Assembly (NCBI GenBank): GCA_963708025.1
Contig: CAVPSB010000031.1
Span: 192,001-256,000 of the forward strand
Direction: 5' to 3'
Source of the DNA: an uncultured Candidatus Rokubacteria bacterium
GTDB taxonomy: Bacteria > Methylomirabilota > Methylomirabilia > Rokubacteriales > DASRDR01
DNA length: 64,000 nucleotides
In this document: positions 9,133-16,503 of the stretch, piece after piece
How positions within the stretch are numbered: position 1 is the first letter of the stretch
How the letters are laid out: each line of letters begins with the position of its first letter
Position numbers and translations under genes: made by a program
Notes under the pieces: generated by a model
What the model saw: only the letters and a program-made list of their open reading frames with translations
The model's database searches: none
Told to the model about the DNA's origin: nothing

Positions 9133-9969
9133 TCACCCCTTGACGGCGCCCGCGCCGAGGCCGGCGATGAAGGCCCGGCGGACGAACAGGAAGAGGACCA
9201 TCGGCGGCAGCGAGAAGAGGATCGCCGCCGCCATCACCTGCTGCTGGGGCACGACGTACTGGCCCTCGAAGGAATACAGCCCCACCGACGCGGTCCACCG
9301 CTCGCTCGAGACGACGAACGTCCGGGCGAACAGGAACTCGTCCCAGGTCTCGATGAAGGCGTAGATGGCCACCGCGCCCAGGCCGGGCAGCGCCAGCGGG
9401 ACGACGACACGCAGCAGCGCCGCCAGGGGCGAGCAGCCGTCCACCCGGGCGGCGTCGTCCAGCTCCCGCGGGATCGTGTCGAACATCGACTTCATCATCC
9501 ACACGGTCAGGGGCAGCACCCAGGCCACGTCGGTGAGCACGAGGGCGAGCAGGCTGTCCAGCAGCCCGACCCGCTGGTAGACGAGGAACATGGGGACCAG
9601 GAGCAGGAGCGGCGGCATCATCTGGGTCACCAGCGTGAGGCCGGCGACGGCCCGGACGCCCCGCCGATCGTAGCGCGACAGCGCGTAGCCGGCCGGGATC
9701 CCCAGGACCCCGGCGACGAGGGTCGTGCTCACCGCCACCACGGCCGAGTTGCCAAGCCAGGTGAGGATGGGGGTCCCGGCGAAGGTGGCGAGGGCGAGGC
9801 GGACGTCGAGCGACCGGGGAAGCACGCGCGGGGGATACGAGAAGAGATCGGCGTCCGGGCGGAGCGCCGTCACCAGCATCCAGTAGACGGGCAGCAGGAT
9901 GGTCACGCCCAGGAGCGCGCCCAGGGTCGCGAGGCCGAGCGGGCGGGTGAGCGTGGGCCGCGGCGTCAT
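9133..9969 (-). CDS. Carbohydrate ABC transporter permease
   Basis: EAA-like loop IPRELDDAARVDGCS and six TM segments. Confidence 0.9.
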   Translation of the reverse strand: MTPRPTLTRPLGLATLGALLGVTILLPVYWMLVTALRPDADLFSYPPRVLPRSLDVRLALATFAGTPILTWLGNSAVVAVSTTLVAGVLGIPAGYALSRYDRRGVRAVAGLTLVTQMMPPLLLLVPMFLVYQRVGLLDSLLALVLTDVAWVLPLTVWMMKSMFDTIPRELDDAARVDGCSPLAALLRVVVPLALPGLGAVAIYAFIETWDEFLFARTFVVSSERWTASVGLYSFEGQYVVPQQQVMAAAILFSLPPMVLFLFVRRAFIAGLGAGAVKG

Positions 9970-10793
9970 GCGGCGGGCCGCTGGAGGAAGCGCCAGTAGA
10001 GCACGGCGAAGAACCCCGAGATGACCATGACCACCGTCCCCAGGGCGGCGGCGGTGTTCAGGTGGAAGAGCGTGAACCCCAGCTGGAAGGTCAGCAGGAC
10101 CAGGGTCTGGGTGGCGTCCACCGGCCCGCCTCCGGTCAGGACGTAGATCACCGTGAAGGACCGCCCGAAGACCCAGATCGTCAGGAGGAGGACCAGGATG
10201 ACCGTGATGGGCCGGAGGGCGGGCAGGACGACGTAGCGAAAGACCCGGATGGCGTTGGCGCCGTCAACCCGCGCGGCCTGGAGCTGGTCGCCGGGGATCG
10301 TCTTGAGTCCGGCCAGCAGGAAGACGGTGGCGAGGGGGAACAGCTTCCAGACCTGCACGACGATGACGGCCCCCAGCGCGAGCCCGGGATCGGTCAGCCA
10401 GCCGATCCGGCCCTGGACGAGGCCGGCGAGGGAGAAGAGGTAGGTCAGGAGCCCGTACTGGTAGTCGAGGAGCCACGACCAGATCATGGCGGCGGCCACA
10501 TAGGGCATCGCCCAGGGGACGATCACCGCCGCGCTGAGGAGGGCCTGGCCCGGGAACCGGCTGTGCAGGAGGACGGCCGTGGCCAGGCCGACGCCGTAGG
10601 TCCCGGACACGCACGCCGTGGTGAAGATCGCCGAGACGAGCAGCGAGTGGGCGAACGCCCGGTCGGTGAAGAGCTGGACGTAGTTCCGGAGGCCGGCCCA
10701 GGCGGGGCGATCGATCGTGCTGCCCTCCGCCTGGAGGCTCGTCCACACCCCGAGCCCGATGGGGACCAGGAAGACGAGCAGGATGACCGCCAC
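9966..10793 (-). CDS. Sugar ABC transporter permease (start uncertain)
   Basis: GLRNY, LAGLKTIPGDQLQAARVDGA, LTGGGP. The 5' end abuts a repeat element. Confidence 0.88.
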   Translation of the reverse strand: MAVILLVFLVPIGLGVWTSLQAEGSTIDRPAWAGLRNYVQLFTDRAFAHSLLVSAIFTTACVSGTYGVGLATAVLLHSRFPGQALLSAAVIVPWAMPYVAAAMIWSWLLDYQYGLLTYLFSLAGLVQGRIGWLTDPGLALGAVIVVQVWKLFPLATVFLLAGLKTIPGDQLQAARVDGANAIRVFRYVVLPALRPITVILVLLLTIWVFGRSFTVIYVLTGGGPVDATQTLVLLTFQLGFTLFHLNTAAALGTVVMVISGFFAVLYWRFLQRPAA

Positions 10794-10834
10794 GGCCGGC
10801 GCCAGGAGGAGCGGGGCCGGGATCTCTTTCGTAA

Positions 10835-10928
10835 CCCCCCGCCCACCCCGATTCTTCGACGGCCTTCGGCCTTCGGCCCCCTCCCCTGCCCATGGACGGC
10901 CTTCGGCCTTTGGCCGGGGGGAGGGCGG
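10835..10928. repeat. Repeat family A-related element with GGCCTTCGGCC modules
   Basis: CCCCTCCCC-TGCCCATGGACGGCCTTCGGCCTTTGGCCGGGGG-GAGGG closely matches the reverse complement of 44602-44655. Confidence 0.65.
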
Positions 10929-10964
10929 AGCCGGACGGCTCCAATTCCGTCACGTCACCGGCGG

Positions 10965-12245
10965 TCAGGTGGCGATCAGCTGTTCCAGCTTGCCCTGGAC
11001 GTCCTTCATCGCCCGCTCGACCGGCTGGTTCTGGTACAGCACCGACAGGACGCCGTTGCCGATGGCCTGGAGGGCGTCGTTGCCCTTGGCGCCGAGCTGC
11101 TGCGGGAAGTACGAGACCGCCCGTCCCGCGTAGCCGATCTCCACCACCTGCTTGTACCACGGGTACTTGGCGACGAACGCCGGCGGGACCAGGCCTGGCG
11201 GTGCGGGGAGCGTGCCGGTCAATTCGACCTGGCGCCGTCCCTGCTCGGGCTCCAGCAGGAGCATCACGTACTGCGCCGCCAGGTCCTTGTTCTTCGCCTG
11301 CCGAGGCACCCCCCACCAGGCCGTCGCGCGCATGGTGGCGGGAGACGGCAGGGGGTTCTTCGCGGTCGTGAGGTGCGCGGCGACCTCCGGGTTGGACTTG
11401 ACGGTCTGCAGGATGATGAAGGACCCCGAGATGATGCTGGCGATCTTGCCCTGGGAGACGAGGTTGTTGATGGTCACCGCGTCCAGACCGCGGGGGATCT
11501 GGTTCCCCTCCCACATCTCCTTCACGAGCTCCAGCGCCTCGAGGACCTTGGGGTCGGTGGCGGTGGGCGTCGTGCCCCGGAAGAACTGGCCGCCCAGCCC
11601 CAGGACGATCGGCATCAGCTGGATGAACAGCGCGGTGGGGTTGCCCGCCTTGGTGGCGATGCCCATGCCGAACTGGCCGGTGGCGGCGTTCGACGTCTTC
11701 TTGACGGACTCCCGGAAGCTGGCCAGGTCGGTCGGGGCGTCGATCCCGGCCCGCTTGAACAGTTCCTGGTTGTAGATGTAGACGCGCGGGTTCGTCTCGC
11801 GGGGCACCCCGTAGGTCTGCCCGTCGCTCTGGGCGTCCTTCTGGGAGTTGATGAACGCCGCCGGGTTGGCGCCGGCCTTCTTGAGCCAGGGGTCGAGCGG
11901 CTCGAGCCAGCCCCGCTCGATGAAGAACTGGATCTGCGGGTCGTCGACCCGGATCACGTCGGGCGGGGCGCCGGCCTGGAGCTGGGTCAGGACCTGGCCG
12001 TGGTACTGGGCGAACGGGGGAGACACCTGCTTGGCGCTGTTCCCCGGATACTTGCGCGCGAACGTCTCGTCGATGGCGTCGATCTGCTCCTTGTACCCGG
12101 GCTGGAGGTAGCTCGGCTCGCTGACCGTCACCGTCACGCTGGCGTCGGCCCGGCCGGGCCGACCGCCGAGGGCTGAGGCCACCCCGCCGCTCGCCGCGGC
12201 CAGAAGGAGCTGTCGCCTCGTCATGCCGGAGCCCCGCGTGTTCAT
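10965..12245 (-). CDS. Sugar ABC transporter substrate-binding protein, Tat-exported
   Basis: MTRRQLLLAAA Tat motif, QAGAPPDVI, YNQELFKRAGI. GGAGG RBS. Confidence 0.9.
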   Translation of the reverse strand: MNTRGSGMTRRQLLLAAASGGVASALGGRPGRADASVTVTVSEPSYLQPGYKEQIDAIDETFARKYPGNSAKQVSPPFAQYHGQVLTQLQAGAPPDVIRVDDPQIQFFIERGWLEPLDPWLKKAGANPAAFINSQKDAQSDGQTYGVPRETNPRVYIYNQELFKRAGIDAPTDLASFRESVKKTSNAATGQFGMGIATKAGNPTALFIQLMPIVLGLGGQFFRGTTPTATDPKVLEALELVKEMWEGNQIPRGLDAVTINNLVSQGKIASIISGSFIILQTVKSNPEVAAHLTTAKNPLPSPATMRATAWWGVPRQAKNKDLAAQYVMLLLEPEQGRRQVELTGTLPAPPGLVPPAFVAKYPWYKQVVEIGYAGRAVSYFPQQLGAKGNDALQAIGNGVLSVLYQNQPVERAMKDVQGKLEQLIAT

Positions 12246-12354
12246 GGTCTGTCCTCCGGGGAGAGTCGGTTCACGATGGTGGACCCGGGTTCGTGGATGT
12301 AAGCTTGGTAGCACGGCTTCACGTCACGCGCAACATCTACCTGGCCGAGGTGGA

Positions 12355-13434
12355 GTGCTCGCACCCTTCGTGAGCGGCCGGCGGGCGCGGATCGCGGTGG
12401 TCGGCACCGGGTGGTGGGCCACCCGCGTCCATCTGCCGGCGCTCGCCGCCAACCCGGACGCCGAGCTGGTCGCGGTGGCCGACCGCGACCCGGAGCGGGC
12501 CCACGCGGCCGCCGCCCGGTTCGGCGTGCCCCGGTCGTTCGGGAGTCACCGCGAGCTCCTGGGCGTGCGGCCGGACGCGGTCGTCGTCGCCACACCGCAC
12601 GATGCCCACTTCGAGATCGCCCGCGACTGCCTCTCGGCCGGGTGCGACGTGCTGGTGGAGAAGCCCATGGTCACGGCGGTGGCCGAGGGCCGCCGGCTGG
12701 TCGAGCTCGCCCGGCGATCCGGCCGGCGGCTCCACGTCGGGTATCCCTATCCCTACACCACGCTGGCCCAGTCCCTCCGCGGCGCCGTCCGCTCCGGCCG
12801 GCTCGGCCACCTCCACCTGGTGACCGCGACGTTCGCCACCTCGGTGCATCACCTCTACCCCGAGGCCGCCCGGCCACCGGACGCGCCCGACGCGCTGTTC
12901 CCGCCCTCGCCGTCCACCTACAACGACCCCGAGCGGGGCGGCGGCCAGGCGCATACCCAGGTCAGCCACATCGCCGCGCTCCTGTTCTTCGTGACGGGCC
13001 TGCGGCCGCGCGAGGTCCGGGCGCTCGCGGAGTCGGGCGGCACCCGCGTGGACGCCTGGGACGTCGCGTGCTTCCGCGCGGACGGGGCGACCCTGGGCAC
13101 GGTCGCCAGCGCGGGGACGGTGCCCCGGCCGCTCCCGACCGTGGCGGAGATCCGCCTCTTCGGCGAGACCGGTCACGCGTGCTACGACCTGACCGGGGGC
13201 ACGCTGGAGGTGCAGGCGGCGGACGGCCCCGCGCTCCGGGAGGCGCTGTCCGACCCGGCGGCGCGGTACCCGCGCGAGGCGCCGTGCCGGCGCCTCGTGG
13301 ACGGACTGCTGGGACGGGCCCCGGTGCTCGTCGACGGAGACCTCGGCCTGCTGGTCGTCGAGTTCGTGTCGGCACTCCTCGCGTCCGCCCGGACCGGGCG
13401 CCCCCGGCGCCTTGGATCCCGGTCGAAGGCGTGA
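12355..13434 (+). CDS. Gfo/Idh/MocA family oxidoreductase
   Basis: IAVVGTGWWA, DAVVVATPHDAH, VLVEKPM. Start uncertain (12355 or 12370). Confidence 0.88.
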   Translation: MLAPFVSGRRARIAVVGTGWWATRVHLPALAANPDAELVAVADRDPERAHAAAARFGVPRSFGSHRELLGVRPDAVVVATPHDAHFEIARDCLSAGCDVLVEKPMVTAVAEGRRLVELARRSGRRLHVGYPYPYTTLAQSLRGAVRSGRLGHLHLVTATFATSVHHLYPEAARPPDAPDALFPPSPSTYNDPERGGGQAHTQVSHIAALLFFVTGLRPREVRALAESGGTRVDAWDVACFRADGATLGTVASAGTVPRPLPTVAEIRLFGETGHACYDLTGGTLEVQAADGPALREALSDPAARYPREAPCRRLVDGLLGRAPVLVDGDLGLLVVEFVSALLASARTGRPRRLGSRSKA

Positions 13435-13467
13435 CCCGCGGGTCCGCTCCGAGAGGCGGCGCTTGGA

Positions 13468-13485
13468 GCCATACGAACGTATGGC
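13468..13485. promoter_or_regulatory. Palindromic operator candidate of a BrnT/BrnA-type TA locus
   Basis: GCCATACG-AA-CGTATGGC perfect inverted repeat, with an extra half-site GGCCATAC at about 13497-13504. Confidence 0.5.
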
Positions 13486-13525
13486 CTATCAGACTTGGCC
13501 ATACTAGCCTTTCCAGGTGGCGAGG

Positions 13526-13581
13526 GTCCGATTTGGCGCGGGGGGAAGGAGATCCATGAGCGAGAGAATCAGATACACTGA
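13526..13581 (+). pseudogene. C-terminal remnant of a BrnT-like toxin
   Basis: VRFGAG/KEIHERENQIH* overlaps the antitoxin start, as in BrnT C-termini of the GAGYWRKGKxIYERENQIH type. Confidence 0.5.
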
Positions 13582-13840
13582 TGAGCCACTCGGAAAGCTG
13601 AAGGTGGTCCCCGACTTCTTCCCGCGCCCGGAGGATCTCGCCTTTCGGGACGAGGGGGTCAAGGTCACGATCGCGTTGAGCAGGCGGAGCGTCGAGTTCT
13701 TCAAGAGAGAGGCGCGGAAACACGATACGCAATATCAGCGCATGATCCGGCGGCTTCTCGACGCCTATGCGGAGCGGCACTCGCGGCCTCTCGCTGCGCG
13801 CGGCACGCGGAGACGTGGGAAGGCATCCCGCGCGGGTTAG
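13556..13840 (+). CDS. CopG/BrnA-like antitoxin (ribbon-helix-helix)
   Basis: MSERIRYTDEPLG...VKVTIALSRRSVEFFK...YQRMIRRLLD. AAGGAG RBS. Confidence 0.8.
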   Translation: MSERIRYTDEPLGKLKVVPDFFPRPEDLAFRDEGVKVTIALSRRSVEFFKREARKHDTQYQRMIRRLLDAYAERHSRPLAARGTRRRGKASRAG

Positions 13841-14038
13841 CGCGGCCGTCGGAAGAGAACTGAGTGCCCAGGCCGACATCTTGTGCCAGGCCGACGTCGA
13901 CAAGTGGCGGTCTCTGCGGGACGTCGAGCACACGCGAATTCATCGAGGGATCGAGTAGACATGCCGTTTCGCCGTTTCAAGTTGAACTGGGGACGAGGCG
14001 GAGGTTCAAAGGGGCCAAGCAGATTGAGCAGGGCCTGC

Positions 14039-14270
14039 TCATCTCGCTGAGCCAACCGGACTACTCACGACCCGGCGCTCGCGCTCAGCGGCGAACGCTA
14101 GGCAGGCGCGGATGTCGTCGCGCGTCAGCTGCGGAAAACCGGCGAGGATCTCGTCCGCCCGCATGCCAGACGCAAGGTAAGACAGGACATCTCCGACCGC
14201 GATGCGCGTTCCCCGCACGCACGGCTTGCCAAACCGAATCTCTGGGTCGATAACGATCCGGCCCTGGTAG
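14039..14270 (-). CDS. DUF433 family antitoxin-like protein (native start apparently lost)
   Basis: RIVIDPEIRFGKPCVRGTRIAVGDVLSYLASGM..EIL..FPQLT..DIRACLAFAA. Confidence 0.8.
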
Positions 14271-14273
14271 GGG

Positions 14274-14338
14274 GTCCGCACGAAGTACGGGTGCCAGCCG
14301 AGGCCCGCCGGCATCGGCGTGTCGCTCTCGTTGGTCAG
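14274..14338 (-). pseudogene. Fragment of an aldose 1-epimerase family gene fused in frame to DUF433
   Basis: LTNESDTPMPAGLGWHPYF matches the epimerase NxxxxPMPxGLGxHPYF motif. Confidence 0.55.
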
Positions 14339-14461
14339 CGGCGCTTAGGAACTCCAAACGCCCTCTCCCCTGCCGCGAGCGACCGGGCGGTCCAACGTGG
14401 TGCGCGGCTCGGTGAAGAATCGCGTCAGCGCGGTGCCGGAAGCGCTGGACGGCTGGCCGTG

Positions 14462-14483
14462 AGTGGACTAAACTTAGTCCACT
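14462..14483. promoter_or_regulatory. Autoregulatory operator palindrome of the phd/vapC operon
   Basis: AGTGGACTAA-AC-TTAGTCCACT, perfect 10-bp arms ending immediately before ATG 14484. Confidence 0.7.
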
Positions 14484-14726
14484 ATGGAAACAATCAATGT
14501 GCACGATGCGAAGACGCATTTCTCGCGGCTCCTGGACCGGGCGCAGGAGGGCCAGGAGTTCGTGATTGCTAAGGCCGGCAGGCCGGTGGCCCGGCTCGGG
14601 CCGCTCGCGCGGCAGGGAAAGAAACGCCGGCTGGGCCTGCTCGACGGCAAGTTCAGGATCCCCGACGACTTCAACGAGCCGCTGCCGGACGAGGTGATCG
14701 CCGCCTTCGAAGGCCGTCGCCGGTGA
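14484..14726 (+). CDS. Phd/YefM family antitoxin
   Basis: INVHDAKTHFSRLLDRA..G.EFVIAKAGRPVARL. Confidence 0.92.
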   Translation: METINVHDAKTHFSRLLDRAQEGQEFVIAKAGRPVARLGPLARQGKKRRLGLLDGKFRIPDDFNEPLPDEVIAAFEGRRR

Positions 14727-15109
14727 GGGTCCTGCTCGATACGCACCTGCTGCTCTGGTCGGTGGCGAGCTCGCGCCGGCTGCCGAAGGGGGCGCGGTCC
14801 CTCATCCTCGATGCGGCGAACGAGGTGTTCTACAGCGCCGCAAGCGTGTGGGAAGTCGCCATCAAGAGCGCTCTGCGGCGCAGGGACTTCAAGGCCAACC
14901 CGACAGTGCTCGTGCGCGCTCTCGCGCAAAGCGGGTTCTCCGAGTTGCCGGTGACGGCGGCGCATGCGGCGCGCGTCGCCGGGTTGCCGGCAATTCACCG
15001 CGATCCGTTCGACCGGCTGCTGGTGGCGCAGTCGCTTGCCGAGCCGATGACACTCCTCACGAATGACGCGGTACTGGTGCGCTACGGTCCGTTGGTGCAG
15101 TTGGTGTGA
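14723..15109 (+). CDS. vapC: VapC/PIN domain toxin
   Basis: LLDTHLLLW, SAASVWEVAIK, HRDPFDRLLVAQ. GTGA overlap with the antitoxin. Confidence 0.92.
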   Translation: MRVLLDTHLLLWSVASSRRLPKGARSLILDAANEVFYSAASVWEVAIKSALRRRDFKANPTVLVRALAQSGFSELPVTAAHAARVAGLPAIHRDPFDRLLVAQSLAEPMTLLTNDAVLVRYGPLVQLV

Positions 15110-15146
15110 CCCGGGGGGGGGCGACTAGATCTCCTGGGGGAGACGG

Positions 15147-15300
15147 CTCGATGACGGGCACATGCGCTGGGTGCAGGACATGGCCGGCCCGGGCCCGACA
15201 AGGGCAAGGGTGGCAAGCACCTCATTCTGCCGCCCGGGTTCAAGGGTAAGGTACCGTCGGGGTATTGTCGGGCGCGCCAAGACAAACAAGGTCCTTGTCC
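15147..15300 (+). pseudogene. Internal fragment of a DUF1254-like gene
   Basis: DDGHMRWVQDMAGPGP/DKGKGGKHLILPPGFKGKVPSGY/VGRAKTNKV, read across frameshifts. Confidence 0.55.
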
Positions 15301-15580
15301 TCCCAGAGCACCTTTCGCGAATCCCTCGCCGGGGACGGTCCACGTCTATCAGCCGCGTCGCTTCGAGGGGTCGCGCCCCGGGACCTCCTGCCGCCCGAAC
15401 AGGCGCTCGGCGAACGCCTCGCGGGTCAAGCCGAAGCCGGGCCACGTCACGCAGGATGCCGGCCAGTGGACCGGCGCGGCGGGCCGCCCCGTGGCGCGGA
15501 ACGGTGACCTGTGCTCGCCGTGTTCGACGGTGGTCAACGCAGGGAGCTCCCAGTGTGGCAGGTCACCCCGGTCGCCGAGC

Positions 15581-16492
15581 TCAGACGCGGGAAGCGCGCC
15601 TCCCGCGGGACCGGAGCGGCCGGTCGGCCCGGGCGTGACGAGCCGGCCGGCGCCCACGCGCCGCTCGGGAGGGCTCGGGCAGCGCGGCCCGTCCTGCCGG
15701 AGCCGGCGCGGCGGCCTTGGGTCGCCCCCGCCGTCTTCCGGGTTCCGCCCTGGCCGGTGCCTCCCTCGCCGCTGGTGTGTCCAGCTCGATCCCGAAGACG
15801 TCGGCCAGGGCGGAGTCGGCGAGCCGCTTGCGCGTCCCGCCTGACTGCGCCGCCAGGGCCGCGCCGCTGCCGGCCGCCGTGAGGAGATCGAGCTGGTCGA
15901 CCCGCCGCAGCCGGAAGAACAGCTCGGGCTCGGTGTCGAGGCGCGCGCCGACCCCGTAGAGGGTGGCGGCGACGTGCTTGCACATCGCCGCCCAGTCGGG
16001 GCAGGAGCACTCGAAGGCGATCTCCTTGGCCGACGGGAACAGGCCGGTCTTCGGCTGGATCAGCACCTCCATGACCGCGCGCGAGAACTTCCCCTGCAGG
16101 AGCTCCACCAGCGACCCGATCTTTCCCGCGCATTCCCGGACCACCGCCTGCCAGCGGGGCCTGGGCAAGGGCGTGATCGCGACCGAGATCCGGTAGAGCT
16201 CGCTGCCGCAGACGAGGGCCTCGACCGCGCCTACCTCGAGGCGCAGGTCCATGACCGACCCGTTGCGCACGTAGGTCCGGCCGCGGGGCAGGCGGTTGGC
16301 GAAGTCGCTGTACGACTCGAGGTTGTCGCACCAGGCCTTGCCCCAGAAGCTCTTGGCGATCGTGCGCCCCTGGATCACCACGGGGGCGGCGGGCCCGGCC
16401 TTCTTCCGGAGCCGGGCGACGTCCCGCGCCGCGTTCCGGCGCCGCACCGCGACCGGCACGTAGGGCCGCCAGTCGTACCAGCCGTCGGCCAT
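15581..16492 (-). CDS. SWIM zinc-finger protein
   Basis: FWGKAW, NRLPRGRTYVRNG, CSCPDWAAMCKH (SWIM motif), basic low-complexity tail. GGAGG RBS. Confidence 0.9.
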   Translation of the reverse strand: MADGWYDWRPYVPVAVRRRNAARDVARLRKKAGPAAPVVIQGRTIAKSFWGKAWCDNLESYSDFANRLPRGRTYVRNGSVMDLRLEVGAVEALVCGSELYRISVAITPLPRPRWQAVVRECAGKIGSLVELLQGKFSRAVMEVLIQPKTGLFPSAKEIAFECSCPDWAAMCKHVAATLYGVGARLDTEPELFFRLRRVDQLDLLTAAGSGAALAAQSGGTRKRLADSALADVFGIELDTPAAREAPARAEPGRRRGRPKAAAPAPAGRAALPEPSRAARGRRPARHARADRPLRSRGRRASRV

Positions 16493-16503
16493 GGTCCCTC
16501 CCC

